Shown: piece by piece, positions 1 through 9,901 of the stretch
Layout of the letters: each line of letters begins with the position of its first letter
How positions within the stretch are numbered: the first letter of the stretch is position 1
Source of the DNA: Candidatus Methylomirabilis oxygeniifera
Lineage (GTDB): Bacteria > Methylomirabilota > Methylomirabilia > Methylomirabilales > Methylomirabilaceae
Length of the DNA stretch: 32,000 bases
Assembly: GCA_000091165.1 (NCBI GenBank)
Contig: FP565575.1
Location: forward strand, 480,001 to 512,000
Direction of reading: 5' to 3'
Position numbers and translations under genes: made by a program
Notes under the pieces: model-generated
Seen by the model: only the letters and a program-made list of their open reading frames with translations
The model's database searches: none
Told to the model about the DNA's origin: nothing

Positions 1-2
1 TC

Positions 3-401
3 GAAGTTCGAAGAGCGGAACTTGATGCCCAATTGATCGCTGAACAGATCGCCTCCCAATTGATGCGCCGAGTCGCGTTCAGACGGGCTATGAAAAAGAC
101 CGTACAGTCCTCGATGCGGCTGGGGGCGCAGGGGGTTCAGATCGCATGCGCCGGCCGGCTGGCCGGGGCGGAGATTGCGCGTAGAGAATGGTATCGTGAG
201 GGACGGATGCCGTTGAACACGCTGCGGGCGAACATCGACTACGGGTTTACCCAGGCGAAGACCACATATGGGCTGATCGGGGTCAAGTGCTGGGTTTACC
301 ATGGTGAGGCGATGCCGGACACGCTGGCGGCTAAACAGGAACGGGAGATACCCCAAGCGGCCCCGCGAAGGCCCAGGGGGCCCAGCCCGGCACAGGGTTA
401 G
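3..401 (+). CDS. rpsC: 30S ribosomal protein S3, C-terminal part (5' truncated by window edge)
   Basis: Open frame continues to the window edge ([32 protein letters not shown]...[10 protein letters not shown]), typical S3 KH/C-terminal domain; directly upstream of rplP. Confidence 0.97.
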   Translation, partial: EVRRAELDAQLIAEQIASQLMRRVAFRRAMKKTVQSSMRLGAQGVQIACAGRLAGAEIARREWYREGRMPLNTLRANIDYGFTQAKTTYGLIGVKCWVYHGEAMPDTLAAKQEREIPQAAPRRPRGPSPAQG

Positions 402-409
402 GACACGCG

Positions 410-829
410 ATGCTGGCACCAAAGCGAGTAAAATTTCGGAAGCAACACCGGGGTAGACGGTCGGGAATCGCAGTTGCCGGATCGGCGTTGGCCTTTGGGG
501 AATACGGTCTGAAGGCGCTGGAAGCGGCTTGGATTACCAATCGGCAGATCGAGGCAGCCCGTCGCGCCATGACGCGCCATATTAAGAGAGGCGGCAAGGT
601 GTGGATCCGGATCTTCCCCGATAAGCCGATTACGAAGAAGCCCGCCGAGACCCGGATGGGTAAAGGGAAGGGCGCGCCGGAAGGTTGGGTGGCGGTAGTG
701 AAGCCCGGACGGGTGCTGTGTGAGATGGAGGGGGTGACGGAGGCGATCGCGAAAGAGGCTATGCGTCTTGCCGCCCATAAACTGCCGATCTCCACGCGAT
801 TTGTATCACGTACAATGGCGATGAGCTGA
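410..829 (+). CDS. rplP: 50S ribosomal protein L16
   Basis: [19 protein letters not shown]..., canonical L16 start and gene order. Confidence 0.98.
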   Translation: MLAPKRVKFRKQHRGRRSGIAVAGSALAFGEYGLKALEAAWITNRQIEAARRAMTRHIKRGGKVWIRIFPDKPITKKPAETRMGKGKGAPEGWVAVVKPGRVLCEMEGVTEAIAKEAMRLAAHKLPISTRFVSRTMAMS

Positions 830-837
830 GGACGACG

Positions 838-1059
838 ATGGATGCGAAAGCGTTTCGTCAACTGGGCGCGGCGGAGTTGGAGCAAAAACTCCACGACACA
901 AGAGATGAGCTTTTTAAGCTGAAGCTGAGGGCCTCGGTCGCGCAACTTGAAAACCCCGCGCGTATCCGGAAACTTCGTCGACAGATTGCCGTCGGAGAGA
1001 CGGTGCGGAGAGAGTCCTTGCGTAAACAGACAGCATCAGAGGTGGAGCCTGCGCCATGA
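838..1059 (+). CDS. rpmC: 50S ribosomal protein L29
   Basis: [40 protein letters not shown]29 signature; position. Confidence 0.96.
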   Translation: MDAKAFRQLGAAELEQKLHDTRDELFKLKLRASVAQLENPARIRKLRRQIAVGETVRRESLRKQTASEVEPAP

Positions 1060-1325
1060 CCGAACCGAAGAAAAGAGGACGTCGAAAATCCTTAGTGGGG
1101 GTCGTGGTGAGCAACAAGATGCAAAAGACTGTTGTCGTCATGGTTGAGCGCCTCGTGCGACATGAGGCATACGGTAAGATGGTTCGTTGTCGGACGAAGA
1201 TGAAAGCCCACGATGAGGACAATCGATGCGGGATGGGCGATAAGGTAGCCATCGAAGAGGCTCGACCTCTGAGTAAAGAGAAACATTGGCGGGTCACGGA
1301 AATCCTGCAGAAGGCGACTGTTTAA
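1056..1325 (+). CDS. rpsQ: 30S ribosomal protein S17
   Basis: [40 protein letters not shown]; ATGA overlap with rpmC. Confidence 0.97.
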   Translation: MTEPKKRGRRKSLVGVVVSNKMQKTVVVMVERLVRHEAYGKMVRCRTKMKAHDEDNRCGMGDKVAIEEARPLSKEKHWRVTEILQKATV

Positions 1326-1340
1326 TCCCCTGGAGCAATT

Positions 1341-1709
1341 ATGATTGGTTTGCGAACAATTATGGAGGTGGCCGACAATTCCGGCGCCAAACGGATTTCT
1401 CTGATTAAGGTACTGGGAGGATCCGGCAAGCGGTACGCTCGCTTGGGCGATGTGATCGTCGCGAACGTGAAGGAGGCGGTCCCGGAGGGTTCGGTGAAGA
1501 AGGGCGCCGTCGTGAAGGCGGTTGTGGTCAGGACGTCGAAAGAGCTGCGACGCTCGGATGGCTCTTATATCAAATTCGATCGAAACGCCGCGGTGCTGCT
1601 GAACGAACAGAATAACCCGGTGGGTACGCGGATTTTCGGTCCGGTGGCCCGAGAGCTGCGTGAAGCGCGGTTTATGAAGATTATCTCCCTGGCGCCAGAG
1701 GTGGTTTGA
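1341..1709 (+). CDS. rplN: 50S ribosomal protein L14
   Basis: [33 protein letters not shown]... Confidence 0.97.
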   Translation: MIGLRTIMEVADNSGAKRISLIKVLGGSGKRYARLGDVIVANVKEAVPEGSVKKGAVVKAVVVRTSKELRRSDGSYIKFDRNAAVLLNEQNNPVGTRIFGPVARELREARFMKIISLAPEVV

Positions 1710-1736
1710 GGTCGCGAGGGTTGAATCTGTGAGGAC

Positions 1737-2069
1737 ATGATGGCAGTGGGACAGGGGCTTCCGATCAAGAAAAACGATCTGGTCGCCGTAATTGCAGGGA
1801 AGGACAAGGGGAAGCGGGGCAAGATCGTCAAGGTCATCCCCAAGACTACGCGAGTCCTGGTGGAAAAGGTGAATCTGGTGAAACGCCACACCAAGCCGGG
1901 ACGCGATTCGAAGCAGGGGGGAATTCTTGAACGCGAGAACCCGATACACGCCTCGAACCTGATGTTGGTGTGTAACAAGTGCGATCGTCCTGTCCGCGTC
2001 GGCTTTAGTCGTCTCGCTAATGGCCGAAAGGTGCGGGTGTGTAAAAAGTGCGGCGAGTTAGTGGATTAG
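1737..2069 (+). CDS. rplX: 50S ribosomal protein L24 (start 1737 or 1740)
   Basis: [28 protein letters not shown]...[29 protein letters not shown]...CKKC; KOW domain and C-terminal CxxC pairs. Confidence 0.97.
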   Translation: MMAVGQGLPIKKNDLVAVIAGKDKGKRGKIVKVIPKTTRVLVEKVNLVKRHTKPGRDSKQGGILERENPIHASNLMLVCNKCDRPVRVGFSRLANGRKVRVCKKCGELVD

Positions 2070-2076
2070 GGGAAGG

Positions 2077-2694
2077 ATGATGGCACGGGAAGCTAAAACC
2101 AAGAAGAAAGAGAAGACGGACGAAAAGGGGGCTGTCGCAGCGTCTCGCGTGGTACCGCGACTCCGCGAACGTTTTCGCGAGGTCATAGCGCCTGCTCTCA
2201 TGAAGCAATTCCGCTATAAGAACGTCTGGCAGGTACCCCGCCCATCGAAGATCGTCATCAACATGGGGTTGGGGGAGGCCGTCGCGAACGTCAAGGTGAT
2301 CGATGCGGCCGTCGAGGAGCTGTCGGCCGTCACGGGGCAGAAGCCGGTCGTCACGCGTGCGAGGAAGTCTGAGGCGGGGTTCAAGCTGAGGACGGGGGTT
2401 CCTATCGGCTGCAAGGTGACACTGCGAGGAGACCGGATGTATGAGTTTCTTGATCGTTTCGTAAATGTCGCGCTCCCGCGCATTCGGGACTTTCGGGGCG
2501 TCCCCGCCAAGTCTTTCGACGGTCGCGGCAATTACAATCTGGGCGTGAGAGAACAACTCATCTTTCCGGAGATCAAATACGACAAGGTGGATGCCGTTCG
2601 CGGGATGGATATCGCCATAGAGACCTCCGCCAGGACGGATGAGCATGCGCGCGCGCTTTTGGAACATCTGGGATTTCCCTTTCAGAAGAGTTAG
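2077..2694 (+). CDS. rplE: 50S ribosomal protein L5
   Basis: [41 protein letters not shown]...[40 protein letters not shown]. Confidence 0.98.
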   Translation: MMAREAKTKKKEKTDEKGAVAASRVVPRLRERFREVIAPALMKQFRYKNVWQVPRPSKIVINMGLGEAVANVKVIDAAVEELSAVTGQKPVVTRARKSEAGFKLRTGVPIGCKVTLRGDRMYEFLDRFVNVALPRIRDFRGVPAKSFDGRGNYNLGVREQLIFPEIKYDKVDAVRGMDIAIETSARTDEHARALLEHLGFPFQKS

Positions 2695-2699
2695 TGCAG

Positions 2700-2723
2700 C
2701 GGATGACCGGCAGCCGTCATCCG
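2700..2723. repeat. Inverted repeat in the rplE-rpsN spacer
   Basis: CGGATGAC (2700-2707) CGGCAGCC GTCATCCG (2716-2723): perfect 8-bp arms, no U-tract. Confidence 0.6.
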
Positions 2724-2769
2724 GCGAATTGCTGCTGCGGGCCGACCGCTGAGAGCTCGGGAGTAATGT

Positions 2770-2955
2770 ATGGCTAAACTATCGCTGATCGTGAAGAGCC
2801 GGCGTACGCCGAAATTCCAGGTGCGCGCCTATCACCGGTGTCGTATCTGCGGACGGCCGCGCGGCTACCTCAGGAAGTTCGAAATGTGCCGAATCTGCTT
2901 CCGGGATCTGGCGCTCCGGGGAGAGATCCCCGGTGTTATCAAGGCCAGTTGGTAG
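2770..2955 (+). CDS. rpsN: 30S ribosomal protein S14, zinc-binding short (type Z) form
   Basis: 61 aa, [38 protein letters not shown], two CxxC motifs. Confidence 0.97.
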   Translation: MAKLSLIVKSRRTPKFQVRAYHRCRICGRPRGYLRKFEMCRICFRDLALRGEIPGVIKASW

Positions 2956-3000
2956 AAGAGTCGCGTGCTATGGATCGCAGGCTTGAGCATTCCGGACGCG

Positions 3001-3021
3001 GAACATCGAACGCTAAACGTG
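3001..3021 (+). repeat. Degenerate heptamer array (rpsN-rpsH spacer)
   Basis: gaacatc | gaacgct | aaacgtg. Confidence 0.45.
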
Positions 3022-3034
3022 GAGCAAGTTGACC

Positions 3035-3430
3035 ATGATGACCGATCCCATCGCTGATTTACTGACGAGGGTCAGGAACGCCAATCTGGCTGTCCATGAC
3101 AAAGTCCACATCCCGGCTTCCAGAGTGAAGGTGGAGATTGCCAAGGTCCTGCGGGAGGAAGGGTACATTAAGAACTTTAAGGTACTCGATGGTGACCCCC
3201 AACCAGTGCTTCGGATTGACATGAAGTACGGTGCCGGGGATCAACGGATCCTTATGGGTCTTCGACGAGTCAGTCGCCCGGGACTGCGGGTCTATGCAAC
3301 GTCACGGCGGCTACCTCGAGTCATGAACGGTCTAGGCGTCGCGATCCTTTCGACCTCGCAGGGGATCATGACGGAGCGCGTGGCCAGAGATCGCGGGGTA
3401 GGCGGCGAGGTGCTGTGCTACGTCTGGTAA
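3035..3430 (+). CDS. rpsH: 30S ribosomal protein S8 (ORF track gives an upstream TTG start at 3029)
   Basis: [43 protein letters not shown]; Shine-Dalgarno GGAG at about 3021. Confidence 0.96.
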   Translation: MMTDPIADLLTRVRNANLAVHDKVHIPASRVKVEIAKVLREEGYIKNFKVLDGDPQPVLRIDMKYGAGDQRILMGLRRVSRPGLRVYATSRRLPRVMNGLGVAILSTSQGIMTERVARDRGVGGEVLCYVW

Positions 3431-3526
3431 GCGCGTAGTGTGAGGCCGTTGAGAGAAAGTGCGAAAGTCGACTTGGGGCCCGTTACGGCCATGACACTGC
3501 TGCATCGTAGAGGAAACGAGTAGAGT

Positions 3527-4063
3527 ATGTCGCGAATCGGAAGGAAGCCGATCCCGTTTTCGAATCAAGTCAAGGTCGAGATTGCGGGAGGCAGTATCTC
3601 TGTTCAGGGGCCGAAGGGTAAGTTGGCCATGCGCCTCCATCCCGCTATGGCGGTGAAGGTTGAGGATAGCCAGCTTCATTGTACGCGCCCAACGGACAAT
3701 AAACTTCATCGTTCGCTCCATGGGCTGACTCGCACGCTGATCGCGAATATGGTCGAGGGAGTCACCAAGGGCTTCGAGAAGAAGCTGGAGATGGTCGGAG
3801 TCGGTTATCGCGCCTCGGTGCAGGGCAGGAATCTGTCGCTGATGCTGGGATATTCGCATCCTCTCGTATTTCCGTTGCCGGAGGGGATCAATGTGGCTGT
3901 AGAGAGTCAAAATCTCCTGACGGTCTCCGGGTCGGACAAACAACAGGTGGGAGCGGTGGCCGCCAAGATCAGAAGTCTCAGACCGCCGGAGCCGTACAAG
4001 GGAAAAGGGGTCAAGTACGCGGGCGAGCGCATTCGTCGTAAGGCTGGAAAGACGGGGGCGTAG
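3527..4063 (+). CDS. rplF: 50S ribosomal protein L6
   Basis: [11 protein letters not shown]...GPKGKL...[25 protein letters not shown]. Confidence 0.98.
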   Translation: MSRIGRKPIPFSNQVKVEIAGGSISVQGPKGKLAMRLHPAMAVKVEDSQLHCTRPTDNKLHRSLHGLTRTLIANMVEGVTKGFEKKLEMVGVGYRASVQGRNLSLMLGYSHPLVFPLPEGINVAVESQNLLTVSGSDKQQVGAVAAKIRSLRPPEPYKGKGVKYAGERIRRKAGKTGA

Positions 4064-4094
4064 CTTCGATTACGCGTCTGAGGGAGGAGTCGAG

Positions 4095-4463
4095 TTGGCC
4101 GGTTACGAAGGAAAACACGAACGGCGAGTGCGGCGTCATCGCCGGATCAGAAAGCGCGTTACAGGTAGCGCCGCCTGCCCACGGCTGTGTGTGTTCAGGA
4201 GCGCCCGCCATATTTACGCCCAGATTGTCGATGACGAGCAGGGTAAGACGCTTGCGGCCGCCTCCACCCTTTCAAGGGAGATCAGAGAACAGGGTAAAAT
4301 GGAGAGTAAGACGGCGGCTGCTCGGGCCGTCGGCGAGCTGTTGGCGACCAAGGCCTTGGCGGCCGACATTTCTCGAGTGGTTTTTGACCGCGGTGGGTTC
4401 AAGTTCCACGGACGGGTGAAGGCCCTGGCTGTCGGCCTTGGAGAAAAAGGTGTCAAGCTCTGA
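4095..4463 (+). CDS. rplR: 50S ribosomal protein L18 (TTG start)
   Basis: [46 protein letters not shown]...[18 protein letters not shown]. Confidence 0.96.
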   Translation: MAGYEGKHERRVRRHRRIRKRVTGSAACPRLCVFRSARHIYAQIVDDEQGKTLAAASTLSREIREQGKMESKTAAARAVGELLATKALAADISRVVFDRGGFKFHGRVKALAVGLGEKGVKL

Positions 4464-4469
4464 TATCGT

Positions 4470-4506
4470 TTTTAGTTTTCAGTGTCCCGACGCTCGAGAC
4501 TAAAAG
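4470..4506. repeat. Degenerate heptamer/inverted element (rplR-rpsE spacer)
   Basis: ttttagt | tttcagt ... ctcgaga | ctaaaag; TTTTAGT (4470-4476) is an exact inverse of ACTAAAA (4499-4505). Confidence 0.5.
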
Positions 4507-4530
4507 CAGACCTGAAGAGAAGGAGAGGAT

Positions 4531-5040
4531 TTGAACCAGATCAAAGCTGACTCGCTGAACCTTGCCGAGCGTATTGTCCACATTAATCGAGTCGCCAAGG
4601 TGGTCAAAGGCGGACGGCGATTCACGTTTAGCGCCCTTGTCGTGGTGGGTGATCAGAACGGACATGTCGGGATCGGACTCGGCAAAGCGCACGAGGTGCC
4701 GGAGGCAATTCGTAAGGGGATCGAGGCTGCCAAGAAGGATTTAGTCGGCATAACGCTGGCACGCACGAGCATCCCCCACGAGGTTGTCGGTCGGTTCGGC
4801 TCCAGCCGGGTGATCCTCAAGCCGGCCTCACAGGGCACCGGAGTCGTGGCGGGCAGGGCGGCCCGCGCTGTATTGGAGGCGGCGGGTGTTCGGAATGTCC
4901 TGTCGAAATCGCTGGGATCTGATAATCCTCACAACGTTGTGAAGGCGACGTTGCAGGGCTTGCAGTCGCTTCGGGCGCCGGAAGACGTGGCACGCGCACG
5001 AGGCGCGCGTCAAGCAGGATTGATCGCTCAAGGGGCATAA
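4531..5040 (+). CDS. rpsE: 30S ribosomal protein S5 (TTG start)
   Basis: [61 protein letters not shown]; GGAGAGG SD. Confidence 0.97.
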   Translation: MNQIKADSLNLAERIVHINRVAKVVKGGRRFTFSALVVVGDQNGHVGIGLGKAHEVPEAIRKGIEAAKKDLVGITLARTSIPHEVVGRFGSSRVILKPASQGTGVVAGRAARAVLEAAGVRNVLSKSLGSDNPHNVVKATLQGLQSLRAPEDVARARGARQAGLIAQGA

Positions 5041-5041
5041 A

Positions 5042-5242
5042 ATGGACAAGGGTCTGCGTATCATCCTCCGAAAAAGTAAGATCGGCCATCCGGCGCACCA
5101 GGATCGAGTCCTCGCAGGGCTCGGGTTGCGCAGAATCAATCAGTCTGTCGTTCGCGCCGATACCCCGAATATTCGGGGAATGATCAGAAAGGTGATTCAC
5201 CTGGTCGAGGTCCAGCAGGTTGATAGCGAGGAGAGGGGATGA
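5042..5242 (+). CDS. rpmD: 50S ribosomal protein L30
   Basis: [53 protein letters not shown]. Confidence 0.95.
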   Translation: MDKGLRIILRKSKIGHPAHQDRVLAGLGLRRINQSVVRADTPNIRGMIRKVIHLVEVQQVDSEERG

Positions 5243-5685
5243 AGCTGCACGAGTTAAAGCCGCCAGCGGGTGCAAGCCGGCGTAGGAAACGTGTCGGCCG
5301 AGGGACCGGCTCAGGACATGGAAAGACCTCGGGCAGAGGCGAAAAGGGCCAGAAAGCGCGCTCTGGCGCCCATATCCATCCCTGGTTCGAGGGCGGTCAG
5401 CTTCCGCTGCATCGCCGTGTACCAAAGCGAGGGTTTACCAACAGATTTAAGAAGGTCTATGCGACCGTAAACCTGCAGGACCTGGAGCGATTTGAACCCG
5501 GAACTAAAGTCACGCCTGGGCTACTGCAAGAGCGAAGGCTTGTCAAGGACCTCAAGGCGGGATTGAAGATTCTGGCCGACGGAGTTCTCAGCAAGCCTCT
5601 ATGCGTTGCGGCACATAAGTTCTCTAAGCGGTCGATGGAGAAGATCCTTGCTTCCGGTGGGACAGTCGAGGTTATTGGCGCATGA
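5239..5685 (+). CDS. rplO: 50S ribosomal protein L15
   Basis: [43 protein letters not shown]. Confidence 0.98.
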   Translation: MKLHELKPPAGASRRRKRVGRGTGSGHGKTSGRGEKGQKARSGAHIHPWFEGGQLPLHRRVPKRGFTNRFKKVYATVNLQDLERFEPGTKVTPGLLQERRLVKDLKAGLKILADGVLSKPLCVAAHKFSKRSMEKILASGGTVEVIGA

Positions 5686-6992
5686 TGGAGGGCGTTGGGA
5701 ATATCTTCAGAGTTCCTGAGCTTAAGAAGCGAATCATCTTCACCGTTCTTGCGCTGATTGCCTACCGGCTTGGGTCCCACATCCCGACGCCAGGCATCGA
5801 TGCCCACGCGCTGTCGGCGTTTTTTCAGCAGGCAGGGGGGACACTACTCGGCTTCTTCGATCTGTTTTCCGGGGGCGCGCTGCGCCGTCTCAGCATTTTT
5901 GCACTCGGTATTATGCCGTATATCAGCGCGTCGATCATCCTGCAACTCCTTGCCGTTGTGTTTCCCCCCCTGGAAAAGCTGAGTAAAGAAGGAGAGGCGG
6001 GACGTAAGAAGATCTCACAATATACGCGGTACGGCACAGTGTTGCTTGCCGCAATCCAGGCCATGGGGATTGCCATCGGCCTTGAAAGCATGCGTAGTCC
6101 CCTCGACGAGCAGATCGTAATAAATCCGGGCATAGGCTTTCGTGTGATGACCACGATTACGCTGACCACCGGAGCGATCTTTCTTATGTGGCTTGGCGAG
6201 CAGATCACTGAGCGAGGGATCGGTAATGGGATCTCACTTCTCATTTTTGCCGGTATCATTGTCCGGATGCCTGAAGCGATCGTCAATACCTGGCGCCTGC
6301 TGACCACGGGTGAATTGAACGCTCTGTCGCTGCTGATCGTCCTGATTCTGATGGTGTTGGTCGTAGCCGGGGTGATCATTATGACGCTCGGCCAGCGACC
6401 GATCGTAGTGCAGTATGCCAAAAGGGTTGTCGGACGTCGGATCTATGGAGGCCAGAGCACGCATATCCCGTTGCGAATCAACACCGCCGGCGTGATCCCG
6501 GTGATCTTTGCCGCCTCTATCATCGTATTCCCGGCTACGATCGCGCAATTTTTTAATCACCCATGGATGCAGGCTCTCGCCAGAGCGCTTTCTCCGGCTA
6601 CCGTGACCTATACGGTGCTCTATGCGATAGCCATCATTTTCTTTACCTACTTTTACACCGCTATTGTCTTCAATCCGATCGACGTCGCCGATAACATGAG
6701 AAAGTACGGAGGTTTTATCCCTGGTATTCGACCGGGCGCGAAGACGGCGGAATTTATCGAGAAGGTGTTGGATCGAATCACGTTGGTCGGGGCGATCTAT
6801 CTGACGCTGATTTCGATTCTCCCTGAATTATTGATCACTACGATGAATGTCCCGTTTTTCTTTGGGGGAACATCCCTCCTGATCGTGGTTGGTGTCGCAT
6901 TAGACACTGTGCAGCAGGTCGAGTCTCACCTGGTCATGCGTCACTATGAGGGGTTCCTGAAGAAGACTCGAATTAAAGGTAGACTGGGGTAA
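5682..6992 (+). CDS. secY: Preprotein translocase subunit SecY
   Basis: [17 protein letters not shown]...[20 protein letters not shown]...[14 protein letters not shown](VQQVES)-type C-terminal region; start 5682 or 5685, ATGA overlap with rplO. Confidence 0.98.
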   Translation: MMEGVGNIFRVPELKKRIIFTVLALIAYRLGSHIPTPGIDAHALSAFFQQAGGTLLGFFDLFSGGALRRLSIFALGIMPYISASIILQLLAVVFPPLEKLSKEGEAGRKKISQYTRYGTVLLAAIQAMGIAIGLESMRSPLDEQIVINPGIGFRVMTTITLTTGAIFLMWLGEQITERGIGNGISLLIFAGIIVRMPEAIVNTWRLLTTGELNALSLLIVLILMVLVVAGVIIMTLGQRPIVVQYAKRVVGRRIYGGQSTHIPLRINTAGVIPVIFAASIIVFPATIAQFFNHPWMQALARALSPATVTYTVLYAIAIIFFTYFYTAIVFNPIDVADNMRKYGGFIPGIRPGAKTAEFIEKVLDRITLVGAIYLTLISILPELLITTMNVPFFFGGTSLLIVVGVALDTVQQVESHLVMRHYEGFLKKTRIKGRLG

Positions 6993-6998
6993 TGAGTC

Positions 6999-7646
6999 AT
7001 GCGGCTCGTCCTGCTGGGACCGCCTGGCGCCGGCAAGGGGACGCAGGCCAGGCTGCTGACGGCCAAGTGTGATGGTGCGCATGTCTCCGCCGGAGACCTG
7101 CTGCGACAGGCAGTGGCCGATGGCTCGGAGTGGGGGCGTACCGCCAAATCGATTATGGCGCAGGGCGCTCTGCTGCCGGACGGCGTGGTCATCGAGATTA
7201 TCGAGAAACGGCTGCGTCAACCGGATTGCGCCGGCGGCTATATCCTGGACGGGTTTCCGCGCACGTTGCGACAGGCGGAGGCGCTCTCGGATGTTCTGAA
7301 GCTGTTGGACGCCCCGTTGGATCGGGTCATCAGCGTCGAGGTATCCGAAGACGATCTGGTGAGTCGATTGGCGGGTCGTCGGGTGTGTCGGGCCTGCGGA
7401 TCGATGTTTCATGTAGACACGAAGCCGCCGGTACGGATCGGGGCATGCGATAACTGTGGAGATCCGCTCTTTCAGAGGGACGATGATAAGGAGGACACGA
7501 TTCGCCATCGCCTGCGGGTCTATCGGGAGCAGACTGAGCCCCTGATCGCTTATTACAATAAGATGGGGCTACTGAGGCGAATCGACGGACACGGGACGAT
7601 CGAAGAGATTGCTCGACGCATCCATCGCGCCATGGGGGACGGATAG
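6999..7646 (+). CDS. adk: Adenylate kinase
   Basis: MRLVLLGPPGAGKGTQARLL...GYILDGFPRTLRQAEAL; Zn-lid Cys motif CRACGS...CDNCGDPL. Confidence 0.98.
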   Translation: MRLVLLGPPGAGKGTQARLLTAKCDGAHVSAGDLLRQAVADGSEWGRTAKSIMAQGALLPDGVVIEIIEKRLRQPDCAGGYILDGFPRTLRQAEALSDVLKLLDAPLDRVISVEVSEDDLVSRLAGRRVCRACGSMFHVDTKPPVRIGACDNCGDPLFQRDDDKEDTIRHRLRVYREQTEPLIAYYNKMGLLRRIDGHGTIEEIARRIHRAMGDG

Positions 7647-7654
7647 CAACAGTT

Positions 7655-8434
7655 ATGATGATCTTGAAATCTCCCTGGGAAATTGACCTGATGCGCAAGA
7701 GCAGTCGGATTGTGGCGGAAACGCTCGAGAAGCTGGAGGGCCTAATCGAACCGGGACTGCCTACTTTGGAGTTGGACCGATTTGCAGAGGCCTATATCCT
7801 GCGACGAGGGGGCAAGCCGGCGTTTAAGGGCTATCGTGGCTACCCTTACACGCTCTGCGTATCCGTAAACGAACAGGTCGTCCATGCGTTCCCTTCGGGA
7901 AGGCGTCTGGAGGATGGTGACATCGTGAGTCTGGACCTTGGTGTTGTGGTTGATGGATATTACGGAGATGCCGCGATCACGGTTCCCGTGGGCAAGGTGT
8001 CCGTGGAGGCTCAACGTCTGATTGCTGCGACGCGAGGGGCGCTTTCTCAGGCGATTCGGGCTGTGCGGCCGGGAAATCATCTCTCCGATATCTCTCACGC
8101 GGTGCAGTCCGCTATCGAGACTCATGGGTTCTCGGTCGTGCGGCTGTTTGTAGGTCATGGAATCGGTCGAGCGCTTCATGAGGAACCGCAGATTCCGAAC
8201 TTCGGCCCTCCGGCCCAAGGCCCTGTACTCAAATCCGGGTTGGTTCTGGCTATCGAACCGATGGCGAATGCCGGCGGCGCAGACGTCATGATTCTCGATG
8301 ATCGTTGGACAGCGGTCACGCGAGACCACTCTCTTTCCGCCCATTTTGAGCATACCGTTGCGCTGACTGAAGATGGCGTTCAGGTGCTTACCGGTGTTGC
8401 CGAAGACGAGCCGTCCGAGGAAGCGAAACGCTGA
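7655..8434 (+). CDS. map: Type I methionine aminopeptidase
   Basis: [24 protein letters not shown]...[14 protein letters not shown]...[16 protein letters not shown]...[19 protein letters not shown]. Confidence 0.97.
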   Translation: MMILKSPWEIDLMRKSSRIVAETLEKLEGLIEPGLPTLELDRFAEAYILRRGGKPAFKGYRGYPYTLCVSVNEQVVHAFPSGRRLEDGDIVSLDLGVVVDGYYGDAAITVPVGKVSVEAQRLIAATRGALSQAIRAVRPGNHLSDISHAVQSAIETHGFSVVRLFVGHGIGRALHEEPQIPNFGPPAQGPVLKSGLVLAIEPMANAGGADVMILDDRWTAVTRDHSLSAHFEHTVALTEDGVQVLTGVAEDEPSEEAKR

Positions 8435-8652
8435 TGCCGAAGGAAGAGGCGATTGAGGTTGAGGGGACTGTCATTGAGCCGTTACCGAATGCCATGTTTC
8501 GAGTAGAATTGGAAACGGGACATAAGGTGCTGGCGCACATCTCCGGAAAGATGCGCATGCATTTCATTCGAATTCTCCCGGGCGATAAGGTGATCGTAGA
8601 ACTGTCCCCATACGATTTGACGCGAGGACGAATCATTTACCGATATAAATAG
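8434..8652 (+). CDS. infA: Translation initiation factor IF-1
   Basis: [72 protein letters not shown]; ATG overlaps map stop. Confidence 0.98.
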   Translation: MPKEEAIEVEGTVIEPLPNAMFRVELETGHKVLAHISGKMRMHFIRILPGDKVIVELSPYDLTRGRIIYRYK

Positions 8653-8707
8653 CTGTGAAGATGAAGGGTGTCAGGGTAATGAATGATTCCGTGACGTGGG
8701 GGTTATC

Positions 8708-8821
8708 ATGAAGGTTCGAGCGTCGGTAAAGCCGATATGCGAGAAGTGTAAGATCATTCGACGAAAAAGGGTGCTGCGGATCGTATGTGAAAATCCTCGG
8801 CACAAACAACGCCAGGGGTAG
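8708..8821 (+). CDS. rpmJ: 50S ribosomal protein L36 (37 aa, below the ORF-track length cut-off)
   Basis: Hand translation [37 protein letters not shown], zinc C+ form; canonical position between infA and rpsM. Confidence 0.97.
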   Translation: MKVRASVKPICEKCKIIRRKRVLRIVCENPRHKQRQG

Positions 8822-8824
8822 AGA

Positions 8825-8918
8825 GTTCGTGGTTCAAAGTTCAGAGTGAGGGTGTCGGCTTGTTTCAGAGATGGCGTCATGTATGTGAGTATGGTTGCAT
8901 GAACCATGAACTCTGAAC
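8825..8918. repeat. Paired inverted heptamer arrays (rpmJ-rpsM spacer)
   Basis: Left gttcgtg|gttcaaa|gttcaga|gt (8825-8847); right catgaac|catgaac|tctgaac (8898-8918); exact 9-nt inverse GTTCAGAGT / ACTCTGAAC. Confidence 0.75.
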
Positions 8919-8934
8919 GAAAAAGGGGAATCGT

Positions 8935-9309
8935 ATGGCACGTATCGCCGGGGTAGATCTTCCGAGGGAAAAACGGCTTGAGGTAGCGCTGACGTATATC
9001 TTCGGCATTGGTCGCTCTGCTTCCCGCAAAATCTTGCAGGACTCCGGGGTTCATTCGGACGTTCGCGTCAAGGATCTCACTGAAGAGGAGATCACAAAGC
9101 TGCGGCGTACCATTGAGGGAAACTACAGGGTTGAAGGGGATCTCAGGCGTGAGGTCTCGATGAACATCAAACGGCTCATGGATATAGGCGCCTACCGGGG
9201 TCTCAGGCATCGCCGGGGACTCCCGGTCCGCGGCCAGCGAACCAGCACGAATGCCAGAACGCGCAAAGGGCCTCGCCGGACGGTCGGCGCGAAGAGTAAG
9301 AAAACGTAG
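8935..9309 (+). CDS. rpsM: 30S ribosomal protein S13
   Basis: [30 protein letters not shown]...[25 protein letters not shown]. Confidence 0.98.
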   Translation: MARIAGVDLPREKRLEVALTYIFGIGRSASRKILQDSGVHSDVRVKDLTEEEITKLRRTIEGNYRVEGDLRREVSMNIKRLMDIGAYRGLRHRRGLPVRGQRTSTNARTRKGPRRTVGAKSKKT

Positions 9310-9326
9310 CCGGGTTTATTGTCGGG

Positions 9327-9361
9327 CTGACGGCTGATCGGTGAGATCTGATCGCTGAGCT
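9327..9361 (+). repeat. Degenerate heptamer array (rpsM-rpsK spacer)
   Basis: ctgacgg|ctgatcg|gtgagat|ctgatcg|ctgagct, with TGA conserved at unit positions 2-4. Confidence 0.65.
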
Positions 9362-9373
9362 ATTGGAGGAAGA

Positions 9374-9784
9374 ATGGCGGAAGAAACAAAACCGCGGCGT
9401 CCGGCGGGACGCGCGGGAGGCAGGAAAGAGGCGAAGAATATCGCTCACGGAATTGCCTGCGTCCAGGCGACATTCAACAATACCATCGTCACTATCACCG
9501 ATGTGGCCGGTAATGTCATCGCTTGGGCCAGTGCCGGCTCGGTCGGGTTCAAGGGTTCCCGTAAGAGTACCCCGTTTGCCGCTCAAAGGGCTGCTGATAG
9601 CGCTGCGCAGAAGGCAATGAGCCAGGGCATGAAAGAAGTGAAGGTCTTCGTGAAAGGCCCGGGCGCCGGGCGGGAAGCGGCCATTCGAGCCTTGCAGGCG
9701 GCAGGCATGGAGATTGTGGCGATCAAGGATGTGACGCCGATTCCACATAACGGTTGTCGGCCGTCCAAGCGGAGACGTGTATGA
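9374..9784 (+). CDS. rpsK: 30S ribosomal protein S11
   Basis: [40 protein letters not shown]...[18 protein letters not shown]. Confidence 0.98.
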   Translation: MAEETKPRRPAGRAGGRKEAKNIAHGIACVQATFNNTIVTITDVAGNVIAWASAGSVGFKGSRKSTPFAAQRAADSAAQKAMSQGMKEVKVFVKGPGAGREAAIRALQAAGMEIVAIKDVTPIPHNGCRPSKRRRV

Positions 9785-9901
9785 GACAGTCGTTCCTGGC
9801 GACACATCATCCGGTCATTCCCGGAAAGAGTATCAAGAGCGCGATCCGCCGAAGTATGAGGGTGACGGGGGGCAGCACCACTCCCCTGGGAGGAGGGGTT
9901 C

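Noticed and set aside
1092-1949. 285-aa minus-strand ORF antisense to rpsQ/rplN/rplX
   Set aside because: Fully overlaps three conserved ribosomal protein genes on the other strand; typical GC-rich shadow ORF.
4817-5425. Minus-strand ORFs over rpsE/rpmD/rplO (and similar long antisense ORFs at 9833-10843, 11796-12611, 29066-30094, 31159-31935)
   Set aside because: No family signature, all antisense to strongly conserved genes, no independent start/SD evidence.
8666-8679. gggtgtca/gggtaatg pair in the infA-rpmJ spacer as another heptamer array
   Set aside because: Spacing between the GGGT motifs is 8, not 7, with only two copies; not counted.
9785-9901. 117-nt rpsK-rpsD spacer checked for an RNA gene or heptamer array
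   Set aside because: Only a 5-bp CCCCT-GGGAGG-AGGGG hairpin around the SD region; no 7-nt phasing or tRNA-like fold visible.
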